Below are positions 49,326-60,561 of a DNA stretch of 64,000 nt, one piece after another. The position numbers and the translations under genes are program-made. The notes beneath the pieces are model-generated. The model saw nothing but the letters and a program-made list of their open reading frames with translations. It did no database searches and was not told where the DNA came from. Numbering within the stretch: position 1 is the first letter of the stretch; each line of letters opens with the position of its first letter. Where the stretch lies: NCBI GenBank assembly GCA_963768055.1, contig CAVYGN010000001.1, forward strand, positions 1,536,001 through 1,600,000, written 5' to 3'. The DNA is from an uncultured Spirochaetota bacterium. GTDB lineage: Bacteria > Spirochaetota > Brevinematia > Brevinematales > JAOACQ01.

Positions 49326-50126
49326 ATGAATTCTAAAATAAATGATGACCGGGTTGAAAAAAGAAAACTCTCTTTTCTGACTGTCTATTATTACTGGCTG
49401 GATAAAGAAGCCTATCTGAAGTCAAAGAATTATATTTCCATTTTGAGAACTTATGACGAGCTTTCCGAAAATGAATATTTTTTTAAAATCGGATATAAGA
49501 CCTTCCTTATTGATTTGATTAAATCAAAGGATGAAATATATTCGGCATTCGATCATAAAAGACAGATTAATAAGGCAATAAAAAGCGGCATGTTGATAAA
49601 ACAGGCGGTATCATATGAGGAGAAATTGAATTTCTTTAATTTCTATCAAAAATTCGCTGAAGATCCGAAAAGGAAAGACCAAATCCTCGTCCTTCAAAAA
49701 AATGAACTTGAAAAATTGGCAATATTTTATGCCGTTTCCGCTGAAAGGGAATATCTTGGAGGTATAGGACTGCTCTCTTCTTTTGATAACCGTTATTTAT
49801 TGTATAAATACGGCGCTACCGTGCATAGGTGCAACGAAAGCGAATATCTGATGTGGAATGCGATCCAATATGCGAAAGATAACGGATACTCCTTTTTCGA
49901 TACGAGCTGGTTTCAACCGACAGAAGATAAAAACAGCGTCTTGTACCGGCTATATCAATTTAAAAAAAAGTTCGGCGGAGACTGTGTCGACTTCTATACA
50001 TATGTAAATTTAGGGCAGCCCTTTATAATACCGGGTTTATTATTTAAGTTCATATTAAAATATTTTTTTAAAGGTAATTTACACAATCTGACTTTATTTT
50101 TAAAAAAGTTACATTTTTTTAAATAG
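49326..50126 (+). CDS. FemAB/GNAT-like acyl/aminoacyl transferase
   Basis: TFLIDL, RQINKA, LMWNAIQYAK..G..FD, LYQFKKKFGG. Confidence 0.7.
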   Translation: MNSKINDDRVEKRKLSFLTVYYYWLDKEAYLKSKNYISILRTYDELSENEYFFKIGYKTFLIDLIKSKDEIYSAFDHKRQINKAIKSGMLIKQAVSYEEKLNFFNFYQKFAEDPKRKDQILVLQKNELEKLAIFYAVSAEREYLGGIGLLSSFDNRYLLYKYGATVHRCNESEYLMWNAIQYAKDNGYSFFDTSWFQPTEDKNSVLYRLYQFKKKFGGDCVDFYTYVNLGQPFIIPGLLFKFILKYFFKGNLHNLTLFLKKLHFFK

Positions 50127-50141
50127 AAATAGGAAAGGAGT

Positions 50142-50858
50142 TTGATAATAATGAAAAATTCAAGGCTTGATATTAACAAAATAAATTGCATGTTTTACAG
50201 CGGGGGTGCGCAGGTCAACTTCTATAAAAACGAATATATTGAACTGATGCCGCCTGAAAAGGTATTGTTCCCGAAATATATTAAAAGAGGCCACTCGGTT
50301 CTGGATCTTGGCTGCGGTACAGGAAGAACAACAAGTTATATACATACAATCGCGGAAAAAATAATCGGCACAGATATCTCTGAAGCTATGATTGAAACCG
50401 CAAAGGGTAAATTTAAGGATATAGATTTCAGAGTCATGGACGCAAGCCGTCTTGAATTTCCCGATAACACATTTGATATTGTGGTTTTTTCTTTTAACGG
50501 CCTTTGTCTGCTGTATCCTGAAGAATTGAGGATAAAGTCAATAAAAGAGATTTACCGGGTCTTGAAAAAAAACGGCGTTTTTATTTTCAGTTCTCATAAC
50601 CGTTATCCTCCGTTAACTTTATCTTCAATAGTTAACCTTATTATAACAAAACTTTTTATGGGCTTTTCATCGAAATATAAAATTCACCTGACCAGATGCG
50701 GGATTTCAGTTAATTATGAGACTTCTCCCAAAGAAGAAACAGCTTTATTTCAAAATATGAATTTCGAATTGCTGGATATAATACCGATGACTCAAAAAAT
50801 TACTTTTTGGGGGTATAAACCGGCTGTATTGACCTATTATGCATTCAAAAAGTTTTAA
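50142..50858 (+). CDS. Class I SAM-dependent methyltransferase
   Basis: VLDLGCGTGR, DISEAM, EIYRVLKKNG. Confidence 0.9.
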   Translation: MIIMKNSRLDINKINCMFYSGGAQVNFYKNEYIELMPPEKVLFPKYIKRGHSVLDLGCGTGRTTSYIHTIAEKIIGTDISEAMIETAKGKFKDIDFRVMDASRLEFPDNTFDIVVFSFNGLCLLYPEELRIKSIKEIYRVLKKNGVFIFSSHNRYPPLTLSSIVNLIITKLFMGFSSKYKIHLTRCGISVNYETSPKEETALFQNMNFELLDIIPMTQKITFWGYKPAVLTYYAFKKF

Positions 50859-50868
50859 AGGTTAATTT

Positions 50869-51864
50869 GTGGGGAAGTTAAAAAAATATATCAGACCGTT
50901 TGGTTATATATTAACCGTTTTGACCCTGGTTTATATAGTTAATATTTTTGTTCATTTCAATTGGAACACTCTTAAATTTCAACACCCTTTTATATCAATA
51001 TTTATCATTTTCGTTTTCGGATTATGGACCGCATTATACCTGTTAATCGGGGCATTCAACTGGAAATTGATCCTCGAGTTTGTTAACGGTTCCTCTATTC
51101 CGGCAAGGGATATATTTCAGGTTTTTTTGAAATCGAATATAGCCAAGTATCTTCCCGGTAATATTATGAACTATGCCGGGCGTAATTTTCTCGGCTTCAA
51201 ACTAGGATGGAAAAATTCGGAAATAGCTTTCAGCAGTTTATTGGAATACATCTTTGGCGCAGGAATGACCGGTTTAATTCTTATAATATGCATGTCAACC
51301 GGCCTTATTACAATTCCGCCGCAGATTTCACTAAATATCAATTTCCATAAATTACTTTTATATTCGGCAATAGCCGCCGCCGGCGCTGTTATTATTATTT
51401 CTTTTATTTATATCTATAGATATTTTATTAAAAAGGAAGAGCTTAGAGATACCTCAAAAAAGCTGCTGGAAAGAAGCAGGCAATTTTTTACTTTGAGATT
51501 CCTCGTTTTATTTGTCAAAATGTTTTTAATATCGTTATTCTGCTTTGTCATGAATTGCTTTTTTTATGTTTATTTATGTGATCTTGCGCTGGGCTTTCAT
51601 ATCAAGCCTTCCGATATTGTTAATTTTAACGCGGCCCTTACAATCGCGAATTACGCAAGTATAATCACTCCCGGCGTACCGGCCGGATTGGGCATAAAAG
51701 AGTCCTTATCATTTCTGATGATTTCAGCCTATGGATATCCTAAAGAAAGTCTCATAGTATCGTTGCTTGTATTCAGGCTGGTAAACATTTTGGGGGATGT
51801 CATGGCTTTTTGTATGGCTATGCCCTGGCGTGAAAAAATTGCAAGCAGGTCAGGATCTTCTTGA
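50869..51864 (+). CDS. Lysylphosphatidylglycerol-synthase-TM/UPF0104 flippase-like membrane protein
   Basis: AKYLPG, PGVPAGLGIKE, FRLV motifs; about 8 TM. Confidence 0.75.
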   Translation: MGKLKKYIRPFGYILTVLTLVYIVNIFVHFNWNTLKFQHPFISIFIIFVFGLWTALYLLIGAFNWKLILEFVNGSSIPARDIFQVFLKSNIAKYLPGNIMNYAGRNFLGFKLGWKNSEIAFSSLLEYIFGAGMTGLILIICMSTGLITIPPQISLNINFHKLLLYSAIAAAGAVIIISFIYIYRYFIKKEELRDTSKKLLERSRQFFTLRFLVLFVKMFLISLFCFVMNCFFYVYLCDLALGFHIKPSDIVNFNAALTIANYASIITPGVPAGLGIKESLSFLMISAYGYPKESLIVSLLVFRLVNILGDVMAFCMAMPWREKIASRSGSS

Positions 51865-51989
51865 AATATTATCGGGTTTGATTTATAATTTACAGCATTT
51901 TTAAATATGATTCTTACAACCTTTATTAAACCGTTATTATCTATTTGGTTATTATTTTTATCAAGAATTTCAATTTTAAGGGGTATTAT

Positions 51990-53081
51990 TTGATCAGAAT
52001 TCCTGTTTATAAACCCGACCTTAGCGGAAATGAAAAGATATATGTAAATGAATGCCTTGATTCAAGCTGGATTTCGTCAAAGGGCGATTTCATACCCAGG
52101 TTTGAACAGGAATTTTCAAAATTTATCGGGGTAAAGCATTCCTCGACCGTCTCTAACGGAACTGTAGCCCTTCATCTCTCGCTGGTAGTACTCGGGATTG
52201 GGGCAGGCGATGAGATCATCGTACCGACTCTGACTTATATAGCTTCCGTAAACGCTATAGCCTATACCGGCGCCACCCCCGTTTTTGTCGATTCTCTTAT
52301 GGATTCATGGCAGATGGACCCTGAAGATATCAGGAAAAAGATCACCCCGAAAACCAGGGGAATTATGGTAGTACATCTCTACGGTCACCCTTGTGATATG
52401 GATCAAATAATAAAAATCGCCGGGGAACATGGCCTTTTTATAATTGAAGACTGCGCTGAAGCTTTCGGAAGCCTTTATAAGGGAAGGCATGTAGGAACAT
52501 ACGGGGATATATCCATATTCAGCTTTTTCGGCAATAAAACGGTTACCTGCGGCGAAGGCGGCATGGTTGTAACTAACGACGAGAAACTGCATAACAGCGT
52601 TGTGCATTATAAATCTCAGGGATTGGTTAAATACCGCACTTACTGGCATGATGTCATAGCTTATAACTACAGGATGACGAATATTTGTGCCGCTATCGGA
52701 CTCGCACAGTTGGAACGTGCCGCACAGTTTATCGAGAAAAAAAGACAGATCGCTTTATGGTATATAGACAATTTAAAAACATTGCCGGTTGAGTATCACA
52801 GGGAAAACGGAGATATCAGACACAATTACTGGATGTTCTCTATTTTAGTCAGCGATCCCCTTAATAGGGAACCTCTTTCTGTCTTCCTGGCTGAAAACGG
52901 CATTGAGACAAGACCGCTTTTCTACCCGGTTCATACTATGCCGATGTATTCACAAAATTCCCGGAAGTTTCCGGTTGCGGAAGAACTCGGAAGCAGGGGC
53001 ATTAATCTTCCAAGCTATCCAATGCTTACAAAAGATGATGTCGAATTTGTCTGCGGTAAGATAAAAGAATTTTACAGTTGA
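51990..53081 (+). CDS. Perosamine synthase-like DegT aminotransferase
   Basis: WISSKG, SNGTVALHL, EDCAEA, FSFFGNKTVTCGEGG, YNYRMTN. Confidence 0.88.
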   Translation: MIRIPVYKPDLSGNEKIYVNECLDSSWISSKGDFIPRFEQEFSKFIGVKHSSTVSNGTVALHLSLVVLGIGAGDEIIVPTLTYIASVNAIAYTGATPVFVDSLMDSWQMDPEDIRKKITPKTRGIMVVHLYGHPCDMDQIIKIAGEHGLFIIEDCAEAFGSLYKGRHVGTYGDISIFSFFGNKTVTCGEGGMVVTNDEKLHNSVVHYKSQGLVKYRTYWHDVIAYNYRMTNICAAIGLAQLERAAQFIEKKRQIALWYIDNLKTLPVEYHRENGDIRHNYWMFSILVSDPLNREPLSVFLAENGIETRPLFYPVHTMPMYSQNSRKFPVAEELGSRGINLPSYPMLTKDDVEFVCGKIKEFYS

Positions 53082-53103
53082 TTAAGTAAATTTTATTATT
53101 TTA

Positions 53104-54057
53104 CTATTTCCCCTCTTCCATATCGAAAAGCATCGCGAAAAGTAAAAACTGCAGGCCTGTCAGGATTAAAAGGGCGTCGAATATAGCCTGCGGGCCCGAT
53201 ACGCCCCAATGCAATATAAAATTCTTGATTACAAGGTATATTCCGAATAAAAAACCGACCGGAAGCAGCATGAAGGACAGGTAATAAAAGAAAACAAGCG
53301 GATGGAAATCCAGGAATATGTATTTAAATCTTAGCCGCCAGAAAAACCCCCTGAGAAGCATGGGAGAAACCCTCATAAAATACCTGACGCCCTTTATTTG
53401 CGACTGCCTTTCCCCGGAAAGGTAAACAGCCGTTCTGGGGATATCCATAACCTTGAAGCAGTATCCGTTAAGCCTGATTAAAAAATCCATGGGGTATCCG
53501 TACCTTTTCCAGGCTCTTGACCAATCTATAAGATCGATCGCCCTTTTGCTTATCGCCGTGTAACCGTCGACGACGTCCATTACTTTATAATAACCCGATG
53601 CAAGCTTGGTCAGGGCCGTTATTATCCAGTTTCCCCAGAAACGGATCCTGGGCATTTTGGCGATAGTGTCCTCGAATTTGCTTAAAAGAAAACGGTTTCC
53701 CTTTGTATAATCTACCTTGCCGTCGATGATCGGGTCTAAAAAGTGGGTTACTTCGTCAAGGTTCATCTGAAAATCCCCGCCGACAACGACTGCGATATCA
53801 TGTCCTTCTTTACTTGATTGAAGATATCCCGTAATGATGGCCCCTCCCGGCCCCTGGTTCGTTTCATGCTTAAGTAATGTTATCCTTTTATCTTTTTTCC
53901 CGCAATCGAGGATCACTTCGTTTTGATTGTCCGGGCTTTTATCGTCGACCACGTAGATTTTATCGATAACCGGATTTACATTCTCAAGGGTCGGCCTGAT
54001 AAGCTTCTCTTCCTTATAAGCCGGAATCACAAGTGATATTTTTTTATCCCTATACAT
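53104..54057 (-). CDS. GT2 glycosyltransferase, polyprenol-phosphate type with C-terminal TMs
   Basis: VIPAYKE, VDDKSPD, GNRF, two C-terminal TM helices. Confidence 0.85.
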   Translation of the reverse strand: MYRDKKISLVIPAYKEEKLIRPTLENVNPVIDKIYVVDDKSPDNQNEVILDCGKKDKRITLLKHETNQGPGGAIITGYLQSSKEGHDIAVVVGGDFQMNLDEVTHFLDPIIDGKVDYTKGNRFLLSKFEDTIAKMPRIRFWGNWIITALTKLASGYYKVMDVVDGYTAISKRAIDLIDWSRAWKRYGYPMDFLIRLNGYCFKVMDIPRTAVYLSGERQSQIKGVRYFMRVSPMLLRGFFWRLRFKYIFLDFHPLVFFYYLSFMLLPVGFLFGIYLVIKNFILHWGVSGPQAIFDALLILTGLQFLLFAMLFDMEEGK

Positions 54058-54071
54058 AACAGCTCCTTCGT

Positions 54072-55172
54072 TCAATGAACCGCTTTATTCACTTCGCTGC
54101 ATATAAATTCGATCTGCTCCCCTGTCAATTCCGGATACATCGGAAGGCTTAGGATTTTTTCCGATACCGATTCGGAAACCGGAAAATCTCCCTTTTCATA
54201 GCCGAGGTATTTAAAAGCGGGCTGTAAATGAAGCGGCACAGGGTAATGTATCGAGGCCGCTATGCCTTTGCTTTTAAGGTACTCCAGCGCTTCATCCCGG
54301 TTATTCACACGGATAACATAGAGGTGGTATACATGTTCGCCGTTTTGCTGCGTTTTAGGAAGTATTATAGATTTATTTTTTGACAATAATTCGGTATAAA
54401 TCCGGGCATTTTCCCGGCGTTTTTTCGTCCACTCCTCGATATGATTCATCTTCACCGATAAAACGGCCGCCTGCAGACCGTCAAGCCGGTGGTTATAGCC
54501 GACCATTTCATGGTAATACTTCCTGCTCCTTCCATGGTCAAGTAATTTCCTGATCCTTTCTTCGAGTTCTTTAGAGTCTGTAATCAGGGCCCCCGCATCG
54601 CCGTAAGCGCCGAGGTTTTTTCCCGGGAAAAAGCTGAAAGTCCCGATATCTCCGAAAGTGCCGGCAATCTTCCCTTTAAATTTAGCAAGGTGCGCCTGGG
54701 CGCAATCTTCAACTACTTTTAAGTGATATTTTTCAGCTATTTTTAATATCGCATTCATATCGGCGGGATTTCCGTATAAATGAACCGGGATTATCGCCCT
54801 GGTTTTTTCATTAACCGCCGCTTCTATTTTAGAAGCGTCGATGTTGTAAGTGTCCGGGTCGATATCTACAAAAACAGGTTTTGCCCCGGTATGGCATATG
54901 CCTTCGGCCGTTCCGATAAAAGTGAAAGAGACTGTTATTACCTCATCGCCCTCTTTAATGCCCAGCGCCGCCAGGGCCAGGAAAATAGCCGCGGTGCCGT
55001 TGGAGCATCCCATGCAGAACCTGCTATGGAACATTTTTGAAAATTTACTCTCGAATTCCGACACATATTCGCCCTGTATAAAAGCGCTCGATTCGATGAC
55101 TTCTTCGATTTTTCCGAGGATTTCCCCTTTGATCGTCCTGTATTGCGCTTTTAAGTCTACTAACGGTATCAT
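54072..55172 (-). CDS. WbpE/WlbC-like sugar 3-aminotransferase
   Basis: IPLVDL, EDCAQAH, FSFFPGKNLGAYGDAG, NHRLD. Confidence 0.88.
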   Translation of the reverse strand: MIPLVDLKAQYRTIKGEILGKIEEVIESSAFIQGEYVSEFESKFSKMFHSRFCMGCSNGTAAIFLALAALGIKEGDEVITVSFTFIGTAEGICHTGAKPVFVDIDPDTYNIDASKIEAAVNEKTRAIIPVHLYGNPADMNAILKIAEKYHLKVVEDCAQAHLAKFKGKIAGTFGDIGTFSFFPGKNLGAYGDAGALITDSKELEERIRKLLDHGRSRKYYHEMVGYNHRLDGLQAAVLSVKMNHIEEWTKKRRENARIYTELLSKNKSIILPKTQQNGEHVYHLYVIRVNNRDEALEYLKSKGIAASIHYPVPLHLQPAFKYLGYEKGDFPVSESVSEKILSLPMYPELTGEQIEFICSEVNKAVH

Positions 55173-55190
55173 TGTAAACCCTCAATTAAG

Positions 55191-55784
55191 TTAATAATGG
55201 ATTTTCCTGATAAACCTTGCCGGATTGCCGGCTACGATCGAATCTTCATCGACATTTTTCGTTACTACGCTGCCCGCACCGACCAATGAATTTTTACCGA
55301 CAATTACCCCGGGCAATAATGTCGAATTCGCACCGATCTTGGCCTTTTCTTTAATAAGAGCCCCTGCAAGTTCGTTTTTAACGTTCGGGGATTGGGGAAA
55401 CCTTGCGTTTGTAATAACTACGTTCGGGCCGATCCAGCAGTCATGCTCCAATACCGAGAATTCCGGAATAAAGCACTGGGTATGGATCCTTACATTATTT
55501 TCAATTTTGACATGATGCTCAACTACGGAAAGAGTGCCTATGCTTACATTATCTCCTATAATATTCAATTCCCTTATATTCGCTTTATTGCCTGTCTGGA
55601 AATTACTCCCGATCATGTTTCCGGCGTATATTACAGTATGGCTCCTGATAACGGCATAATCCCCTATGATCGTTTCTTCATCTTTCCGGCCTTTAAAAGG
55701 GGCCCCTATAATGCAGAAATCTTCGATAATCGCATCTTTACCTAATTTTACACCAGGGTAGATTATTGAAGTGCTGGCAATCAT
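55191..55784 (-). CDS. Hexapeptide-repeat N-acetyltransferase (WbpD-like)
   Basis: Left-handed beta-helix repeats, GAGSVVTK, VAGNPAR. Confidence 0.85.
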   Translation of the reverse strand: MIASTSIIYPGVKLGKDAIIEDFCIIGAPFKGRKDEETIIGDYAVIRSHTVIYAGNMIGSNFQTGNKANIRELNIIGDNVSIGTLSVVEHHVKIENNVRIHTQCFIPEFSVLEHDCWIGPNVVITNARFPQSPNVKNELAGALIKEKAKIGANSTLLPGVIVGKNSLVGAGSVVTKNVDEDSIVAGNPARFIRKIHY

Positions 55785-56846
55785 TTAACAGCGTCCCAGT
55801 TTGCATTTATTGGGTTTAAATCTTAAAAATACTTCCCTGCCGGTTTCGATCGATTCGTAAATAGCCGATATGAGCTCAAGGCTTTTCCTGCCTTCAAGGC
55901 CGTCGACAAGGGCCTTTTTATCGTTTATTATGCAATCCAGGACATGCTCGTAATAAGCCTGGTGGCCGAATCCGTATACATTGGGCGGATTTACCGAATA
56001 TTTTGTCAAAATGTCCCTGTCTGTTTCATTTTCGTCTATAAATTTCCAGATCTTCATCTCATTAACGGCAAAACCCCCGATCTCGACCGTGCCCCTTTCT
56101 CCCAGGATGGATATGGAGCCCTCGAGGTCTTTCGGCCTGGCTGCCGTGGTCGCCTCGATAACTCCTAGGGCCCCGTTATTGAATTTCAGCAACGCGATGC
56201 CGGTATCCTCAGTTTCAACATCCACTAACGCCGTTATGCTTTTCGCGAAAACCGATTCCACGTCCCCCATCATCCATTCCAGAAGATCGACATGGTGGCT
56301 CGCCTGGTTTGTGAAAACGCCGCCGTCAAACTCCCATGTCCCTCTCCAGCTGTCGCTGTCATAGTATTCCTGTTTCCTGCACCACCTCACGCGGACAGTT
56401 CCCAGGACCAGCTTGCCGAACCTCCCGCTTTCGACCGCTTCCCTCAACTTCCGGACCGGAACATTGAACCGGTTCTGCTTGACGACGAACAGTTTGATAT
56501 TATTCTCATCGCAGATTCGGATCATCGAATCCGCGTCGTCAAGGGTTAACGCCATAGGTTTTTCAACAAGTATATGTTTTTTGTATTTTGCCAGGCCGAT
56601 TACATGCTCCGCGTGCAGACCGCTTGGTGTTAAAATGGAAATCGCATCGATATTTTTCTCGGTTTCCATCATCTTAAACATATCTTCATAATAAGGCACT
56701 CTGAATTGTTCGCCGGATTTTTTCACCCTGTCTTTTATAATATCGCAAACTGCGGCCAATTTAGCGTCTTTAATCTGGTTCAGGCCTAATAATTCCAGAT
56801 GCCTTTTTGCGATCCTTCCGCAGCCGACTATAGCAAAATTAAGCAT
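55785..56846 (-). CDS. Gfo/Idh/MocA oxidoreductase (WbpB/WlbA-like)
   Basis: GCGRIA, VEKP, VKQNRFN, DGGVFTNQASHHVD. Confidence 0.9.
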   Translation of the reverse strand: MLNFAIVGCGRIAKRHLELLGLNQIKDAKLAAVCDIIKDRVKKSGEQFRVPYYEDMFKMMETEKNIDAISILTPSGLHAEHVIGLAKYKKHILVEKPMALTLDDADSMIRICDENNIKLFVVKQNRFNVPVRKLREAVESGRFGKLVLGTVRVRWCRKQEYYDSDSWRGTWEFDGGVFTNQASHHVDLLEWMMGDVESVFAKSITALVDVETEDTGIALLKFNNGALGVIEATTAARPKDLEGSISILGERGTVEIGGFAVNEMKIWKFIDENETDRDILTKYSVNPPNVYGFGHQAYYEHVLDCIINDKKALVDGLEGRKSLELISAIYESIETGREVFLRFKPNKCKLGRC

Positions 56847-57108
56847 ATTTAAACCTCTTCACTAATTATAGAAAATTTTTCGCCAAATATCAAAATTAAT
56901 AGATTAAGCTTTATTATTACAAATTAAACTTAATAATACACTTTTTATCTATAATCAAATTTATTACAAAATCAAGTGGTATAAAATTATTATTTTCAAG
57001 GTTCGAAAAGTAATAATTTATTCGCAAATAAATAATGAAATATAATCGGAAAAAAGTTATAATGGTTCAATAAAAATAGAATCGATCCGATTTAACCGGA
57101 GTACTTTA

Positions 57109-59721
57109 ATGCATAAAAATGCCTTTATTCAGAAAATTTATGATAAATTAATTAATAAAGTTTCCCTTTTCAAAAGCGGCTATTTAAAGCTTAAGCGGAA
57201 AAAACTATACGATAATTTGCTTGTTATTTTTTTATATATCGTTTTATCCGTATTCGTACTCAGCGCAAACTTTTTTAAAGGAGAAACGGTAGGCCCGTTT
57301 AATTTCCTCGTTTCTTTTCCCGGATGGTCTTCGCTGAATTATCATCCCGTTGTCGTCGATACTGAGAGGATGGACGCCCTGGACGGATCCATACCCGAGC
57401 AAATAAATTACAAGAATAATCTTTTAAGCGGTAAAATCCCGGTCCTTGACCTTTTTTATTCCGGTAAAATTTTTATACCCAGTTATATAGTAACAATCTT
57501 CGTCGGAACGATCCCTGTCGGATTGTATTTTTCTGAAATTCTTAAACTTGTGGTCTGCGGTTTCGGCGTATTCCTTCTGCTTAGCTTATTTACCCGAAAA
57601 TCAGCCGCTTTTTTCGGCGGCGTCGTTTACATGCTTTGCGGTTTTAACGCTTCCTGGTTTATCGGGGCGCATGTGGACGTATCGATGTGGATACCATGGC
57701 TCTTATGGGCGACAGCGGGCTATCTGATAGAAGAAAAAAAATATTACCTTTTATTTATCACCGCATCGACTGTTTTTATGCTATCCGGGTATTTTCCGAG
57801 CGTCGCGGCGTACGGTTTTTATTGTTTCGGGATCCTGCTGTTATTCTGGAATTTAACTGATTACAAATCGATAAAATCTTTTATAATTAAATTATCGATG
57901 CCTTCGTTATTTATCGTTCTCGGCTTTTTAATAGCTATGCCTACCCTTTCAAGTTATGCAAACCTTATCGCAGGACTTAATCCCCAAACTACTGGAGTGG
58001 ATTTAAGCTGGCGGCATGGAGGCACAAAATTAAGTGTAAATGATCTTTATCTATTTGTCAGGCCTTTCAGGAATATCAAGGTGGAAACATGTGTTTATAC
58101 CGGGATTTTTTCTCTCCTACTGGCAGCCCTGAGTGTTCCGGTTATGATTTTCATGAGAAATAAAAAAATCAGGCACTTTACTATTTTCGGGTTCATCATT
58201 TTTATTTTATCCGTTTTAATCGGTTTCGGGATGATACCCTATGAAATTGTGAGAAATATACCGACCTTTAGTTTTAATAGAGCACAGAGACTTACATCGA
58301 TAATAGGCTTATCCCTTGCAATACTCTCGGGAATAGGCTTTGAAGGCATGCTGTCTATACCGGATTTCCCCTTCTACCCTTCTTTTATTGAAAATTGGAT
58401 TAAAAAGAATCGTATTAGATTAAAAACCTTCGTTCTAATTTTCGCGGCATTTATTTTTATTTTTCAGATTTTCGATCAAAAAAGGATTTTCAGCCATTTT
58501 AACGCTGTAGAGCCTTCTGAATGGTGCTATCCTGAAACAAGATCGATAAAATATTTAAAGGAGCATTTAAGCCCCTTTCAGAATATTATCGCCGACAATT
58601 CCTTCCTTCATTGCGGCGTCATGGGAGGGTACGGTTTAAATGAAATATTCCTGCACAGGTATTATACGCGCAATGAAAAAGATCTTCTGCGCCGGATTGT
58701 TCCGAATGGATTCACATCACCTACGTCGGCTTCATTTCCTGCGGAAGCAATAAATTACGATTCAAATCTATTTCATGCCCTCGGGATCAAATTCATAATC
58801 AGGGGGAAATTCAATAAAATTATTCTTCAGGAACAGCCTGCAAATTCCATAATGGTCCCTTCGGAGCCTCTTCCCGCCTCAAAAATTGTTCAGTATGTCA
58901 ATTTAAAAGAAGACATCAAAAACCTCGATGGAATAATGACCGAATTCGGAACCTACAATGAGCCTTACGCACCTGAGGATGTAAAACTGGTCCTTAAAAA
59001 CAGTTTCGGCGTGATAATCGAAGAAATTGTTGTTGGAAAAGAAAAAATCGAGAATAATAAATGGGCCTATTTTGACTTTAAAAAACGGTTAACTCTCGCA
59101 AAAGGCATATATAAATTTGAAATTCATCTTTATGGTAAAAATTACGGCGGGATTTTCGCTATCTGGAAAACAAGCCAGCCGGCCGATGAAAAAAGTTATC
59201 TTGAAGAAAACGGCAGGAAAACGGATTTCGCCTTAATGTATAAATTATATACAACTAAAAAAGAAGATTCAAACGGATGGATCGTTCATAAAGTTGAAAG
59301 CGGTATCAGGGTCTGGGAAAAACCGGATACCCCGACGGGCGCGTACTATATACCGGACCTTAATGAGAAACCTGAAAATATAAATATTAAAAATTGCGGC
59401 GGCGTTACGGAGGAAAGAGTCGACGCTTATAAGATCAGGATAAATTATAATAAAGACGCCGGCGGATTTATCGTCCTGCCCGACTGGTGCAGAGACGGCT
59501 GGAAGGCTTATATAAACGGCAAGGAGATCAATACCGAAAAATACCTTAAATTTCTTCCCGCTTTTCATGTTCCGGGAAAAACGGAAATTATTTATAAGTT
59601 TCAATATTCAATGATCATTATCTGGCTGTCTTTTGCAGGATTATTGATTTTTATAGGAATTTTATTCCTTTTTATGATGATTAAACATGAAAATCCTCAT
59701 TATTTTAAGCAGAATAATTAA
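57109..59721 (+). CDS. YfhO-like polytopic membrane protein (putative GT-C), copy 1
   Basis: About 12 TM, AAFFGGVVYMLCGF, C-terminal GWKAYING + TM typical of YfhO. Confidence 0.75.
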   Translation: MHKNAFIQKIYDKLINKVSLFKSGYLKLKRKKLYDNLLVIFLYIVLSVFVLSANFFKGETVGPFNFLVSFPGWSSLNYHPVVVDTERMDALDGSIPEQINYKNNLLSGKIPVLDLFYSGKIFIPSYIVTIFVGTIPVGLYFSEILKLVVCGFGVFLLLSLFTRKSAAFFGGVVYMLCGFNASWFIGAHVDVSMWIPWLLWATAGYLIEEKKYYLLFITASTVFMLSGYFPSVAAYGFYCFGILLLFWNLTDYKSIKSFIIKLSMPSLFIVLGFLIAMPTLSSYANLIAGLNPQTTGVDLSWRHGGTKLSVNDLYLFVRPFRNIKVETCVYTGIFSLLLAALSVPVMIFMRNKKIRHFTIFGFIIFILSVLIGFGMIPYEIVRNIPTFSFNRAQRLTSIIGLSLAILSGIGFEGMLSIPDFPFYPSFIENWIKKNRIRLKTFVLIFAAFIFIFQIFDQKRIFSHFNAVEPSEWCYPETRSIKYLKEHLSPFQNIIADNSFLHCGVMGGYGLNEIFLHRYYTRNEKDLLRRIVPNGFTSPTSASFPAEAINYDSNLFHALGIKFIIRGKFNKIILQEQPANSIMVPSEPLPASKIVQYVNLKEDIKNLDGIMTEFGTYNEPYAPEDVKLVLKNSFGVIIEEIVVGKEKIENNKWAYFDFKKRLTLAKGIYKFEIHLYGKNYGGIFAIWKTSQPADEKSYLEENGRKTDFALMYKLYTTKKEDSNGWIVHKVESGIRVWEKPDTPTGAYYIPDLNEKPENINIKNCGGVTEERVDAYKIRINYNKDAGGFIVLPDWCRDGWKAYINGKEINTEKYLKFLPAFHVPGKTEIIYKFQYSMIIIWLSFAGLLIFIGILFLFMMIKHENPHYFKQNN

Positions 59722-59731
59722 GGAGGGATGG

Positions 59732-60547
59732 ATGTCTTTGCCGAATTTTTTATGTATCGGGACCCAGAGGGGCGGGACAACCTGGCTGTATGAAATGCTT
59801 CGTGTGCATCCGGACATTTATTTACCGGTGCAAAAGGAAATCCATTTTTTTAATAATGATTCCAATTATGATAAAGGCATTGATTGGTACGAAAAGACTT
59901 TCTTTTCAAATACCGAAGGGAAAAAAATAATCGGAGAAATTACCCCTGCATATTTATATATTGAATCCGCCGCTCAAAGAATATATAAAAACTTGGGCAA
60001 AGATATAAAGCTGATAATTATGCTTAGAAATCCTGCTGAAAGAGCGTTTTCGGATTATTGGATGGAATATTTCCGCGGTAATGAAACGTTGTCATTCGAA
60101 GAGGCGATATTAATGGAACCTTACAGAATTTGTAGAAGTTATGAAGAAAAACTTTATTATAGCTATATTAAACGGGGTTTTTATTATGCACAGATAAAAA
60201 ATTATTTCGGATTTTACCCCTCTGGTAACATAAAAATTCTTATATTTGAGGAATTTTTCAAAGACATTCCGAATAACTTGAATGATGTATTGCAGTTTTT
60301 AAATTGTCCTTTAATGAAAATTGATCTAAAAAAAAGTAAATTAAATGCTACTGTTCTCAACTGTAAAAAATACTATAAAGCCGCATATTTAAATAGATCT
60401 TCTGTGAAATTCAAGGATTTAATATTTAGACGCCCTAATTACCCATCTTTAAATACTCGTTATCAAAAAATGCTTAAAAGGCTGTATTTAAACGATATAA
60501 AGAATTTACAGGAATTATTAAATAAAAATTTTTCATTATGGCTTTAA
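59732..60547 (+). CDS. Sulfotransferase
   Basis: IGTQRGGTT (5'-PSB), KEIHFF, LRNPAERAFS (3'-PB). Confidence 0.9.
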   Translation: MSLPNFLCIGTQRGGTTWLYEMLRVHPDIYLPVQKEIHFFNNDSNYDKGIDWYEKTFFSNTEGKKIIGEITPAYLYIESAAQRIYKNLGKDIKLIIMLRNPAERAFSDYWMEYFRGNETLSFEEAILMEPYRICRSYEEKLYYSYIKRGFYYAQIKNYFGFYPSGNIKILIFEEFFKDIPNNLNDVLQFLNCPLMKIDLKKSKLNATVLNCKKYYKAAYLNRSSVKFKDLIFRRPNYPSLNTRYQKMLKRLYLNDIKNLQELLNKNFSLWL

Positions 60548-60561
60548 TGAGGAGGTTTTTT